NCBI RefSeq assembly: GCF_044704955.1
Contig: NC_091996.1
Location: 2,418,001-2,482,000, forward strand
Length of the DNA: 64,000 nucleotides
Direction: 5' to 3'
DNA from: Pristiophorus japonicus
Taxonomy: Eukaryota
Made by a program: the position numbers and the translations under genes
Notes under the pieces: model-generated
What the model saw: the letters and a program-made list of their open reading frames with translations, nothing else
What the model was told of the DNA's origin: nothing
The model's database searches: none
In this document: positions 36,205 through 49,700 of the stretch, piece by piece
How positions within the stretch are numbered: the stretch's first letter is position 1
Layout: every line of letters begins with the position of its first letter

Positions 36205-37259
36205 ATCCAAAACTCGGCTGCCTGTGTCCTAACTCACACCGAGTCCCGCTCACCCATCACCCCTGTGCTCACTGCCCGTGTCCTAACTCGCACCGAGTCC
36301 CGCTCACCCATCACCCCCTGTGCTCACTGACCCGTGTCCTAACTCGCACCAAGTCCTGCTCACCCATCACCCCCTGTGCTCACTGACCCGTGTCCTAACT
36401 CACACCGAGTCCCGCTCACCCATCACCCCCTGTGCTCACTGACCCGTGTCCTAACTCACACCGAGTCCCGCTCACCCATCACCCCTGTGCTCACTGCCCT
36501 GTGTCCTAACTCGCACCCAGTCCCACTCACCCATCACCCCCTGTGCTCACTGACCCGTGTCCTAACTCACACCGAGTCCCGCTCACCCATCACCCCTGTG
36601 CTCACTGCCCTGTGTCCTAACTCGCACCCAGTCCCGCTCACCCATCACCCCCTGTGCTCACTGACCCGTGTCCTAACTCACACCGAGTCCCGCTCACCCA
36701 TCACCCCTGTGCTCACTGCCCTGTGTCCTAACTCACACCGAGTCCCGCTCACCCATCACCCCCTGTGCTCACTGCCCTGTGTCCTAACTCACACCCAGTC
36801 CCACTCACCCATCACCCCCTGTGCTCGCTGACCTACATTGGCTCCCGGTTAAGCAACGATTCGATTTCAAAATTATCATCCTTATTTTCAAATCTATCCA
36901 TGGCCTCGCCCCTCCCTATTTCTGTAACCTCCTCCAGCCCCAGAACCCCACCCACCCCCCCCGACATATTTGCGCTCCTCTAATTCTGCCCTCCTGAGCA
37001 TCCCTGATTATAATCACATAACCATCGGTGGCTGTGCTTTCTATTGCCTGGGCCCCAAGCTCTGGAACTCCCTCCCTAAACCTCTCCGCCTTCAAGACGC
37101 TCCTTAAAATATCCCTCTTTGACCAAGCTTTTGGGCACCTGCGCTAATTTCTACTTAGACGGCTCGGTGTCAAATTTTTTAATCTCATAATCCTCCTGAG
37201 CTCTGCCTTGGGACGTTGCACTATGTTAAAGGCGCTATATAAACACAAGTTGTTGTTGT
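36205..37259 (+). mobile_element. L2-clade LINE 3' end with internal tandem expansion
   Basis: IQNSAA..SPITPVL..HWLPV; (GTT)n tail; further copies at about 2822-3400(-), 21600-21980(-), 25482-25985(-), 43350-43672(-), 63725-63942(+). Confidence 0.75.
36224..36830. repeat. About 55-bp minisatellite inside an L2 element
   Basis: Unit tgtcctaactcacaccgagtcccgctcacccatcacccctgtgctcactgcccg, with a 111-bp dimer period. Confidence 0.93.
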
Positions 37260-37581
37260 CCTGGGGCCAATATTTATCCCTGAATCAATGTCACTAAGAA
37301 CCAATTATCTGGTCATTGTCACATTGCTGTGTGGGAGCTTGCTGTGCGGGAGCTTGCTGTGCACACATTGGTTGCTGTGTTGGTTACATTACAACAGGGA
37401 CCACACTCCAAAAGTACTTCATTGGCTGTAAAGTGCTTTGGGACATGCTGAGGTGGTGATAGGCGCTACAGAAATGCAAGTCTTTATTTTTATTCTTGAT
37501 GCCCAGCACATTGGGACTCAACCACATCATTTTTTTGTGCTAAATATTGCAATAGTTCCCCCAAACCACATGTTCTCCCCG

Positions 37582-39322
37582 ACAGAGGGACTGGAGGCAG
37601 AGGAACTGGAGGCAGAGGGGCTGGAGGCAGAGGGATTGGAGGCAGAGGGACTGGAGGCAGACAGAGGGACTGGAGGCAGACAGAGGGACTGGAGACAGAG
37701 GGACTGGAGGCAGACAGAGGGATTGGAGACAGAGGGATTGGAGACAGAGGGACTGGAGGCAGATAGAGGGACTGGAGACAGAGGGACTAGAGACAGAGGG
37801 ATTGGAGGCAGAGGGATTGGAGGCAGAGGGACTGGAGGCAGACAGAGGGACTGGAGACAGAGGGACTAGAGACAGAGGGACTGGAGGCAGAGGGATTGGA
37901 GACAGAGGGACTGGAGACAGAGGGACTGGAGACAGAGGGACTGGAGGCAGACAGAGGGATTGGAGACAGAGGGACTGGAGACAGAGGGACTGGAGGCAGA
38001 CAGAGGGACTAGAGACAGAGGGACTGGAGGCAGAGGGACTGGAGACAGAGGGACTGGAGGCAGAGGGACTGAGGGACTGGAGGCAGAGGGACTGGAGACA
38101 GAGAGACTGGAGACAGAGGGACTGAGGGACTGGAGGCAGAGGGACTGGAGGCAGAGGCACTGGAGACAGAGGGACTGGAGACAGAGGGACTGGAGGCAGA
38201 GGGACTGGAGACAGAGGGACTGAGGGACTGGAGGCAGAGGGACTGGAGACAGAGGGACTGGAGGCAGAGGGACTGGAGACAGAGGGACTGAGGGACTGGA
38301 GGCAGAGGGACTGAGGGACTGGAGGCAGAGGGACTGGAGGCAGAGGGACTGAGGGACTAGGGACTGAGGGACTGGAGGCAGAGGGACTGGAGACTGAGGG
38401 ACTGGAGGCAGAGGGACTGGAGACTGAGGGACTGGAGGCAGAGGCACTGGAGACAGAGGGACTGGAGGCAGAGGGACTGAGGGACTGGAGGCAGAGGCAC
38501 TGGAGACAGAGGGACTGAGGGACTGGAGGCAGAGGGACTGAGGGACTGGAGGCAGAGGGACTGAGGGCAGAGGGACTGGAGACAGAGGGACTGGAGGCAG
38601 AGGGACTGAGGGACTGGAGGCAGAGGGACTGGAGACAGAGGGACTGGAGGCAGAGGGACTGAGGGACTGGAGGCAGAGGGACTGGAGACAGAGGGACTGG
38701 AGGCAGAGGGACTGAGGGACTGGAGACAGAGGGACTGGAGACAGAGGGACTGAGGGACTGGAGGCAGAGGGACTGGAGGCAGAGGGACTGGAGACAGAGG
38801 GACTGAGGGACTGGAGGCAGAGGGACTGAGGGCAGAGGGACTGGAGGCAGAGGGACTGAGGGACTGGAGGCAGAGGGACTGGAGGCAGAGGGACTGAGGG
38901 ACTGGAGGCAGAGGGACTGGAGGCAGAGGGACTGAGGGACTGGAGGCAGAGGGACTGAGGGCAGAGGGACTGGAGGCAGAGGGACTGAGGGACTGGAGGC
39001 AGAGGGACTGGAGACAGAGGGACTGGAGGCAGAGGGACTGAGGGACTGGAGACAGAGGGACTGGAGGCAGAGGGACTGAGGGACTGGAGACAGAGGGACT
39101 GGAGGCAGAGGGACTGAGGGACTGGAGACAGAGGGACTGGAGGCTGAGGGACTGGAGGCAGAGGGACTGGAGGCAGAGGGACTGAGGGACTGGAGGCAGA
39201 GGGACTGGAGGCAGAGGGACTGAGGGACTGGAGGCAGAGGGACTGAGGGCAGAGGGACTGGAGGCAGAGGGACTGAGGGACTGGAGGCAGAGGGACTGGA
39301 GGCAGAGGGACTGGAGGCAGAG
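37582..39322. repeat. 15-bp/8-bp purine-rich minisatellite just upstream of DNLZ
   Basis: Units gagggactggag(g/a)ca and gagggact. Confidence 0.96.
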
Positions 39323-39339
39323 GCCATTCGGCCCATTGT

Positions 39340-39435
39340 GCCACGCCAAGCGGAAGTGACGCGAGGCGCCTCGGCCGGAAGCTGGCCGTCCGGAAATGTT
39401 TCCATAGTAACCGAGCTGCGGCCTAGCTGCGGGCC
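39340..39435 (+). promoter_or_regulatory. DNLZ CpG-rich promoter with ETS-type sites
   Basis: cggaagtgacgc, ccggaagc and ccggaaat within 90 nt upstream of the ATG. Confidence 0.6.
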
Positions 39436-39666
39436 ATGAGCCTGCGAGCCGTGTTCGGCCGCTTGGGGAAAGCAGCAGCCGCCATCCCCCGGCTGCTGGG
39501 AGCGGCCTCGGGCCGGGGGTGTTCGGCACTCGGGCCTCCGCGGGGCCTCCTCGCACCCGGCCTGGTCCCGGCTTCAGCCCCGGGCAGCCGCCTTTCCACC
39601 GGCCGGGGGCCCCGGGCCCAGGCCCAGGCTCAGGTCACCCACTACCGGCTGGTCTACACCTGCAAG
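39436..39666 (+). CDS. DNLZ: DNLZ exon 1 coding part
   Basis: ggccATGa start; ends YRLVYTCK|gtgagg. Confidence 0.9.
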
Positions 39667-42600
39667 GTGAGGCCTTGGGCCCAGGGGGCGGTACTGAGGG
39701 AGCGCCGCACTGTCGGAGGGACAGTACTGAGGGAGTGCTGCACTGTCGGAGGGGCAGTACTGAGGGAGTGCTGTACTGTCGGAGGGGCAGTACTGAGGGA
39801 GTGCCGCACTGTCGGAGGGGCAGTACTGAGGGAGCCCCGCACTGTCAGAGGGGCAGTACTGAGGGAGCCCCGCACTGTCGGAGGGGCAGTACTGAGGGAG
39901 TGCTGCACTGTCGGAGGGGCAGTACTGAGGGAGTGCCGCACTGTCGGAGGGGCAGTACTGAGGGAGTGCCGCACTGTCGGAGGGGCAGTACTGAGGGAGT
40001 GCCGCACTGTCGGAGGGTAGTACTGAGGGAGTGCTGCACTGTCGGAGGGTAGTACTGAGGGAGTGCCGCACTGTCGGAGGGGCCGTCAGTCGGATGAGAC
40101 GTTAAACCGAGGTCCGGTCTGGTCTCTTGTGTGGTGTAAAAGATCCTGGGGCCAATATTTATCCCTGAACCAACATCAGTAACACATTCTCTGCTCATTA
40201 TCACATCGCTGTGTGTGGGAGCTTGCTGTGCGCACATTGACCGCCGCGTTTCCCACATTACAACAGGGACTACACTCCAAAAGTACTTCATTGGCTGTAA
40301 AGTGCTTTGAGACGTTATGAAAGGCGCTATAGAAATGCAAGGCTTTAACAGTTTTTGGGGTTCCCCAAGCGTTGTTTGTTGACTGACAGGTGACTCCTCA
40401 GCCTCCCCTCTGCTGTTGCTTTGTGTTTTTAGAAAGCAAGGTTCGGAGAGCAGAGGGGAGTCGTGGACAATGTTCCCCTGTAAGGTGCTCGGCCACACGG
40501 TAATCTCGAAGGTCCCATGCAGTCCGCTCGTGGGCTTTTACATTGTAAATACCACACACTTACTGAATATATTTAAGGTGGAGATACAGATTTTTGAATG
40601 AGAAGGGAGTCGTGGGTTATGGGGAGCGGGCAGGGAAGTGGAATTGAGGCCAAGATCAGATCAGCCATGATCTTATTGAATGGCTCGAGGGACCTGCTCC
40701 TATTTTCTTATGTTTTTGTGCGCAGAAAATTAAAAGGACCAGACATTAAAAGTAACAGTCCTCGCAGAGCAAAGCACAGATTACAGGGAGCACTGGGCAT
40801 GGATATGTGAGGCTAAGCTTGGGTCAGTATAACTAGTCACCGTGCAGTACGTACAGCAAATAACAGGACATGATTTACTGGTCCAGCCAACATGTCCCAC
40901 ACAGTTAGGATGCCTCTTACATCACAATGCACCCGGAGACGATAAACTCTCGGGAGAGACAAAAAACCCCCCCGCAATTTGGGGGCAGGGGGAGGGAATG
41001 GAAAATTCCTCTCCGACTCCCGAGTTGTTCAGGACAACTTGTGCACAGAATCGCCCTCGGTGTTGCTGCTGTGGCCTCAGAGAGCGCAGTGCAGAGATTG
41101 CCTGTGCTGTGTGGCAGCTTCCAGCCTGTGGGGGTGGTGGGGGGCAGGGCAAGTTTGCAAACAGAGCCAGGCAGAACAATGATGCAAGCAGGTACATGGG
41201 CGACCCCCCTTGCCGTGCAGACGAGCATTTTATCTTGTTTCAGGTGTGCAACACTAGGTCCACAAAGAAGATCTCCAAGCTTGCCTATCACAATGGGGTG
41301 GTCATCGTAACGTGTCCTGGATGTAACAATCACCACATCATCGCAGACAATTTGGGATGGTTTTCAGACCTTGATGGGAAAAAGTAAGTCGCGTTTAATG
41401 CTCTGTGTTTGGTTAACTCTGTGGAATTATATTTAACAATGATCTCCGCTTTGCCATGTAACTCTCAACCATATATTACATCTGCACTTAGCGAGACAGT
41501 GTTTTCACTGGCAAGAGAGTCGGTAATCAGAGGACAGATTTAAGATAATGGGCAAAAGAACCGGGGGGGGGGGGGGGGGCGGAGGAGAGAGAGGATGAGA
41601 ATTGTTTTCAACAGTACGCTGTGATCGGGAATGCACTGCCTGGAAAGGCACTTTAGGGACTTGAGCACATAAATCCAGGCTGACACTCCAGTGCAGTCCT
41701 GCGGGAGCGCTGCACTGTCGGAGGGGCAGTACTGAGGGGGTGCTGCACTGTCGGAGGGGCAGTACTGAGGGAGTGCTGCACTGTCGGAGGGGCAGTACTG
41801 AGGGAGCGCTGCACTGTCGGAGGGGCAGTACTGAGGGAGCGCCGCACTGTCGGAGGGGCAGTACTGAGGGAGTGCTGCACTGTCGGAGGGGCAGTACTGA
41901 GGGAGTGCTGTACTGTCGGAGGGGCAGTACTGAGAGAGTGCTGTACTGTCGGAGGGGCAGTACTGAGGGAGTGCCGCACTGTCGGAGGGGCAGTACTGAA
42001 GGAGTGCCGCACTGTCGGAGGGGCAGTCCTGAGGGAGCGCCGCACTGTCGGGGGGGGGGCAGTACTGAGGGAGTGCTGCACTGTCTGAAGAGTCGTCTTT
42101 CTGATGAGACATTAAACTGAGGCCCTCTCAGGTGGATGTAAAAGATCCCATGGCATTATTTCAAAGAACATCAGTTCAGCCATGATCTTATTGAATGGTG
42201 GAGCAGGCTCGAGGGGCAAATGGCCGGCTCCTGCCCCTATTCTTATATTGTTATGTTCTAGCAGCAAGGGAATTATCCCCAGTGTCCTGGCCAATATTTA
42301 TCCCTCAATCAACATTACTAACACTAATTATTTGGTCATTATTACGTTGCTGTTTGTGGGAGCTTGCTGTACACAGTGGCTGCCGTGTTTTCCACATTAC
42401 AACAGTGACAACTATAAAAGTACTTCATTGACTATAAAGTGCTTTTAGGCGTTCAGTGGTCGTAAAAGGTGCTATATAAATCTAAAACTTTCTTTTTAAA
42501 TGTTAAAAGTTTACAAAGTGTATTTTTTAAAACTTAAAAATATCCTTGTCATTGGTGTTGTCAGGAATATTGAAGAAATACTGGCTGCAAGAGGTGAGAA

Positions 42601-42733
42601 GGTTCAACGTGTGGTTGGTGAAGACTCGCTGGAGATTACCACAGAGGGAATTGTTGGCAACAAACCTGGAGAATTATGTGAAGGGGACAAATGCAGGGAA
42701 TCCCTGGGCTCTGGAGAACAACCTAAACCCTAA
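39436..42733 (+). CDS. DNLZ: DNL-type zinc finger protein (mtHsp70 escort protein, Zim17/Hep1 family), complete gene span, 179 aa
   Basis: Exons 39436-39666, 41244-41383, 42565-42733 = 540 nt. [45 protein letters not shown]; Arg-rich mitochondrial presequence-like N-terminus. Confidence 0.95.
39690..40082 (+). repeat. 33-bp SINE-internal minisatellite, DNLZ intron 1
   Basis: Same unit as 15310-15865. Confidence 0.95.
41244..41383 (+). CDS. DNLZ: DNLZ exon 2 (zf-DNL core)
   Basis: tttcag acceptor, gtaagt donor; [12 protein letters not shown]. Confidence 0.96.
41694..42085 (+). repeat. 33-bp SINE-internal minisatellite, DNLZ intron 2
   Basis: Same unit as 15310-15865. Confidence 0.95.
42565..42733 (+). 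CDS. DNLZ: DNLZ exon 3 coding part
   Basis: tgtcag acceptor; [19 protein letters not shown]. Confidence 0.93.
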
Positions 42734-44144
42734 TGCCATCTACGGCATGGAAGGTCTTGATACAGGAGAACAGCGATGGGGACCCGGGAATAGCCAGGTC
42801 CTATACCTTCCTGTTTAGCTGGTCCGCGGGAGGTTCCACAGGAGGGATAAAATCGTCCACAAATATACTGCAATAATTGCAGCCCAATTCGATACATGTC
42901 GCCCACGCACACATTAGGTGAATTCTGGGGAGAAATTACTCCGTGCAAACCAGATATAATTTTCTAAAGGCATAGAAATGTTCTTTTTTTTTTAAATAGA
43001 CACCTGTTGGTGAAGCCAATTCAGGGCAGGATATCTGTGAGTAGCTACGTCCATTCACCAGTTGTCTGCAATGACTACAAGAGGCCGTGCCTATTGTAAG
43101 AGGAACGAGAAGGACCACATCAGAGCAGATAGGATTTAATTTTATCCAATGGTGCAACTCTTTCTAAGATGAGGAATCTTGAAGCCTCTTTCCTAATCCC
43201 ATAGATTTAAACAGCGAGCACTCTGACTCCATCAGTGGCTGGGTCATATGGCACGCAGCGTAATCCTCAAACCAAGCAGCGTTGTGTAATATCAAGCTGA
43301 CTCCAGATGAGGCCTGGAGTCTCTAATGCTGACTGAGTTATGCCACACTCAACAACAACTTGCATTTATACAGCGCCTTTATCGTAATAAAACGTCCCAA
43401 AGGAGTGTTATCAAACAAAATTTGACACCGAGCCACATAAGGCAGGTTTTAAGGAGCGTCTTAAAGGAGGAGGCGGAGAGGTATAGGGAGGGACTGCGAG
43501 AGCTCGGGGCCCAGGCAGCTGAAGGCACGACCGCCAATGGTGGAGCGATTAAAATCGGGGATGCGCAAGAGGCCAGAATTGGAGGAGTGCAGAGATTTCG
43601 AGGAGTCGTGGGGCTGGAGGAGGTTCCAGAGATAGGGAGGGGCAAGGCCCTGGAGGGATTTGAACACAAGGATGATTGGGGTGACATCTGAACTCTGTTA
43701 CTGTACAATCTGTGATTATTGTGCAGAGTTGGAATAAAATCGCGCATGAGATACAAATTTGTGTTGCCGTTCATGTCTTGATCTCCGCTAAGCTGGGAGT
43801 TAAATAGTCTTTAACTAACATTGCATTGCGGCTGTTGGCCAAATATCTTCTTACTCGGAATCTCTGCTAAATATCGATCGTACGTTAAAACCCAGAGTTC
43901 CTACATCAGCTGAGCTCGGATTTTCCAGCTATCTATCCGTATTGTAACGTGTGTTCGGATCCCATCCTTTGTATCTCCAGTCCTAACACGAGTTTGGAGC
44001 TGCCATATACATTCATTCATCCTGCAGTACTCTGCCCTCCAAACTGTTGCTTGGGAGTCATGGCCCCCTCCTACAATTCGAGCCGATCTGTGGATTTCCC
44101 AATCTCCTTTTGCCCTGGCATGTTTTGTTCTATTCTCCACTGTT

Positions 44145-46380
44145 ATAGAATCATATGGCACAGAAGGAGGCCATTTGGCCCAACGTGCCTGTGCCGGCTC
44201 TGTGAAAGACCTCCCCTGCTCTTTCCCCAAGCCCTGCAAACTCCTGCACTTGATGTCTCTGCATTCCAGATCATAAGTCACAACGTGAAACATTTCTCCT
44301 TCCCCCTCTGGTTCTTTTGCCAATTATCTTCAATCTGTGTTCCTCTGGTTACTGACCCTCCTGGAGACTGCGAACAGTCTCTCCCGATTTACTCCATCAA
44401 AACCCCTCATGATTTTGAACACCTCTATTAAATCTCCCCATAACCTTCTCTGCTCCAAGGAGAACAATCCCAGCTTCTCCAGTCCCTCTACATAACTGAA
44501 GTCCCTCATCCCTGAGACCACTCTGGTTAATCTCCGCACCCTCTCCAAAGGCTTCACATCCTTCCGAAAGTGCAGGGCCCAGAATTGGACACAATACTCC
44601 AGCTGATGAGGCCCAACCAGTTTATATTTATAAAGCCAAGGATCGCAGATGCTTTTTTTAAACAGACTTTGCAACTTGTCCTGCCATTTTCAAAGATTAG
44701 TGCACAAACATCTTTGTTCCTACGCCCCCCTTTAAAATTGTATGCTTTAGTTTATACTTCTCATTCTACCTCCTAAAATGCATCACTTCACACTTTCGGA
44801 TGAGACTTTAAACCGAGGCCCCGTCTGCTCTCTCAGGTGGAGTACTTTGAAGAAGAGCAGGGGAGTTATTCCCCAGTGTCCTGGGGCCAATATTTATCCC
44901 TCAATCAACATAATAAAAATATATCTGCTCATTATCACAGTGCTGTGTGTGGGAGCTTGCTGTGCACAAGTTGGCTGCCGCATTTCCCACATTACAACAG
45001 TGACTATATTCCAAAAGTACTTCATTGGCTGTAAAGAGCTTTGAGACATCTGGTGGTCATGAAAGGAGCTATATAAATGCAAGTCTTTCCACACTTATAC
45101 TTTAAATTTCATCTGCCATGTGTTTGCTCATTTCACCAGCCTGTCTATGTCCTCCTGAAGTATGTTTCTATCCTTTTTATTTTATTTGTTCTGGGATGTA
45201 AGCTTTGCTGGCAAGGCCAGCATTTATTGATTGTGGGATCGCTTAGCTCTGTTTATTAGCATGCTGCTTCCGCTGTTTAGCATGCATGTGTTGTAGCTTG
45301 CCCAGGTTGGTACACCTGGTACTGCTCCTCTGCACTGACTCAGGGTTGGTCCCCTGGCTTGATGGTAATGGTTATACTGGGCCATGAGGTTACAGATTGT
45401 GGTGGAATACAATTCTGCTGATGGCCCACAGCCCCTCATGGATGCCCAGTTTTCAGCTGCTAGATCTGCTCTGAAGCTATCCCATTGAGCACAGTGATAG
45501 TGTCACATAACATGACAGAGAGTGTCCTCAGTGTGAAGATGGATGGGACGGGACATGCCCAGGGATGGTGATGGAGGACATTAGTATTGTTTCTTGTAGC
45601 GGTTTGTTACAACTGAGTGTCTCGCTGGGCCATTTCAGAGAGCAGTTAAGAGTCAACCACCTTGCTGTGGGACTGGAGTCACATATAGGCCAGACCGGGT
45701 AAGGGGGCAGATTTCCTATCCCTAAAGGGACATTAGTGAACCAGAGGTTTTTTTTTAAACAACAATCTGGTAGTTTCATGGTCACCATTACAGATACTAG
45801 CTTTTTATTCCCAATTTATTTAACTGAATTTAAATTCCCCAGTTGCCATGGTGGGATTTGAACTCTTGTCTCTGGATTATAAGTCCAGGCCTCTGGTAAC
45901 TTAACCATTATGTTACTGTTCCCTCCTCATTGTTTACTACATTTACGAGGTTCATGTCATCTGCAAACTTTGCAATTGTGCCCTGTATATATAAGTCCAG
46001 GTCATTAATATATATCAAAAAGAGCAGTGGTCCTAATACTGACCCCTGACCACTGTATACTCCCTGAAAAACAACCGTTCATCACTATCTGCTTTCTGTC
46101 CCTCAGCTAGTTTTGTACCCAAGCTGCCAGTGCCCCTCTAATCCCACGGGCTTTAATTTTGCTTACAGGTCTATTTTATGTGACACTTTGTCAATGCCTT
46201 TTGAAAGTCCATATACACAACATCAACTGTACTAACCTCATCAACCCTCTCTGTTACTTTATCAAAGAACTCAGTCAAGTTAGTTAAACCTGATTTGCCT
46301 TTAACAAGTCTGTGCTGGCTGTCAATCATTAACTTATATTTTTCCAAGTGACAAATACTTTTGTCTGGGATTATTGTCTC
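44145..46380 (-). mobile_element. Mosaic of degraded CR1-type LINE and SINE fragments
   Basis: LEYCVQFWA, DLIEVFKIM, VVYMDFQKA fragments; SINE at 44790-45090. Confidence 0.65.
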
Positions 46381-46739
46381 AGTTTTCACACCATCACCAT
46401 TATATCATCATCATGGGCAGTCCCTCGAACGAGGATGACTTGCTTCCACACGAGATGTTTCAATGAAGGACACGATGATCCAGGTCCTGAACTCCAATTG
46501 AAGGGTGGAAGATGCCTGTGTGTGGATTGTTTTAACGTGGGGTGACCGTTGCACACCAGCCACCACACGGGGCTTGACAGAGCGAGGTCTTGGTCCAGGG
46601 GCAAGGGTTAACCAGGACGACTGGAGACCTGCTCTGCTGCACGGACCCAGTGCGCTCACATATCGCAGTGTGGGCTGGTCCGTGCTGCCCCTGGGCTCTC
46701 GGTTCTTTGGGGCCCCGTACCTTCATTCGCCGCACCTCC

Positions 46740-49700
46740 GCCATAAACATTCGCCACATCTCCACCAGGATCTCTCACCGCTCCTCCGCCACAAACATTC
46801 TCTGCCACGATCTCTCACCGCTCCTCCGCCCCGACCTTCCCGCTCCTCCTCCACGATCTCTCGCCGCTCCTCCGCCACAAACATTCTCTGCCACGATCTC
46901 TCACCGCTCCTCCGCCCCGATCTCTCGCCGCTCCTCCGCCCCGATCTCTCGATACTCCTCCGCCCCGATCTCTCGATACTCCTCCGCCCCGATCTCTCGA
47001 CCCTCCTCCGCCCCGATCTCTCGATACTCCTCCGCCCCGATCTCTCGATACTCCTCCGCCCCGATCTCTCGATACTCCTCCGCCCCGATCTCTCGATACT
47101 CCTCCACCCCGATCTCTCGACCCTCCTCCGCCCCGATCTCTCGCCGCTCCTCCGCCCCGATCTCTCGATACTCCTCCGCCCCGATCTCTCGCCGCTCCTC
47201 CGCCCCGATCTCGACCCTCCTCCGCCCCGATCTCTCAATACTCCTCCGCCCCGATCTCGACCCTCCTCCGCCCCGATCTCTCGATACTCCTCCGCCCCGA
47301 TCTCTCGATACTCCTCCGCCCTGATCTCTCGCCGCTCCTCCGCCCCGATCTCTCGATACTCCTCCGCCCCGATCTCTCGCCGCTCCTCCGCCCCGATCTC
47401 TCGATACTCCTCCGCCCCGATCTCTCGATACTCCTCCGCCCCGATCTCTCGCCGCTCCTCCGCCCCGATCTCTCGATACTCCTCCGCCCCGATCCCTCGA
47501 TACTCCTCCGCCCCGATCTCTCGCCCCTCCTCCGCCCCGATCTCTCGCCCCTCCTCCGCCCCGATCTCTCGCCCCTCCTCCGCCCCGATCTCTCGCCCCT
47601 CCTCCGCCCCGATCTCTCGATACTCCTCCGCCCCGATCTCTCGATACTCCTCCGCCCCGATCTCTCGATACTCCTCCGCCCCGATCTCTCGATACTCCTC
47701 CGCCCCGATCTCTCGATACTCCTCCGCCCCGATCTCTCGCCCCTCCTCCGCCCCGATCTCTCGATACTCCTCCGCCCCGATCTCTCGCCGCTCCTCCGCC
47801 CCGATCTCTCGCCGCTCCTCCGCCCCGATCTCTTGCCACTCCTCCGCCCCGATCTCTCGCCCCTCCTCCGCCCCGAACCCTCTCCGCTCCTCCGCCACGA
47901 TCTCTCGCCGCTCCTCCGCCCCGATCTCTCGCCCCTCCTCCGCCCCGATCTCTCGCCCCTCCTCCGCCCCGATCTCTTGCCACTCCTCCGCCCCGATCTC
48001 TCGCCGCTCCTCCGCCCAGATCTCTTGCCGCTCCTCCGCCCCGATCTCTCGACCCTCCTCCGCCCCGATCTCTCGCCCTTCTCCGCCCCGATCTCTCGCC
48101 GCTCCTCCGCCCCGATCTCTCGCCCCTCCGCCCCGAACCCTCGCCGCTCCTCCGCCCCGATCTCTCGCCGCTCCTCCGCCCCGATCTCTCGCCCCTCCTC
48201 CGCCCGAACCCTCGCCGCTCCTCCGCCCCGATCTCTCGCCCCGAACCCTCGCCGCTCCTCCGCCCCGATCTCTCGCCGCTCCTCCGCCCCGATCCCTCGA
48301 TACTCCTCCGCCCCGATCTCTCGCCCCTCCTCCGCCCCGATCTCTCGATACTCCTCCGCCCCGATCTCTCGATACTCCTCCGCCCCGATCTCTCGATACT
48401 CCTCCGCCCCGATCTCTCGATACTCCTCCGCCCCGATCCCTCGATACTCCTCCGCCCCGATCTCTCGCCCCTCCTCCGCCCCGATCTCTCGCCGCTCCTC
48501 CGCCCCGATCTCTCGCCCCTCCTCCGCCCCGATCTCTCCCCGCTCCTCCGCCCCGATCTCTCCCCGCTCCTCCGCCCCGATCTCTCGATACTCCTCCGTC
48601 CCGATCTCTCGATACTCCTCCGCCCCGATCTCTCGCCCCTCCTCCGCCCCGATCTCTCGCCGTTCCTCCGCCCCGATCTCTCGCCGCTCCTCCGCCCCGA
48701 TCTCTCGCCCCTCCTCCGCCCCGATCCCTCGCCGCTCCTCCGCCCCGATCTCTCGCCCCTCCTCCGCCCCGATCTCTCGCCGCTCCTCCGCCCCGATCTC
48801 TCGATACTCCTCCGCCCCGATCTCTCGCCGCTCCTCCGCCCCGATCTCTCGCCGCTCCTCCGCCCCGATCTCTCGCCGCTCCTCCGCCCAGATCTCTCGA
48901 TACTCCTCCGCCCCGATCTCTCGATACTCCTCCGCCCCGATCTCTCGATACTCCTCCGCCCCGATCTCTCGCCGCTCCTCCGCCCCGATCTCTCGCCGCT
49001 CCTCCGCCCCGATCTCTCGATACTCCTCCGCCCCGATCTCTCGCCGCTCCTCCGCCCCGATCTCTCGCCGCTCCTCCGCCCCGATCTCGCGATACTCCTC
49101 CGCCCCGATCTCTCGCCCCTCCTCCGCCCCGATCTCTCGATACTCCTCCGCCCCGATCGCTCGCCCCTCCTCCGCCCCGATCCCTCGCCCCTCCTCCCCC
49201 CCGATCCCTCGCCCCTCCTCCGCCCCGATCTCTCGCCGCTCCTCCGCCCCGATCTCTCGCCGCTCCTCCTCCCCGATCTCTCGCCGCTCCTCAGCCCCGA
49301 TCTCTCGCCGCTCCTCCGCCCCGATCTCTCGCCGCTCCTCCGCCCCGATCTCTCGATACTCCTCCGCCCCCGATCTCTCGCCCCTCCTCCGCCCCGATCT
49401 CTCGCCGCTCCTCCGCCCCCGATCTCTCGCCGCTCCTCCGCCCCGATCTCTCGCCGCTCCTCCGCCCCGATCTCTCGCCGCTCCTCCGCCCCGATCTCTC
49501 GCCCCTCCTCCGCCCCGATCTCTCGCCCCTCCTCCGCCCCGATCTCTCACCGCTCCTCCGCCCCGATCTCTCGATACTCCTCCGCCCCGATCTCGCGATA
49601 CTCCTCCGCCCCGATCTCTCGCCCCTCCTCCGCCCCGATCCCTCGCCGCTCGTCCGCCCCGATCCCTCGCCCCTCCTCCCCCCGATCCCTCGCCCCTCCT

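Noticed and set aside
37438-39556. Ser/Pro-rich 400-620-aa ORFs antisense to and upstream of DNLZ
   Set aside because: Derived from the 15/8-bp minisatellite.
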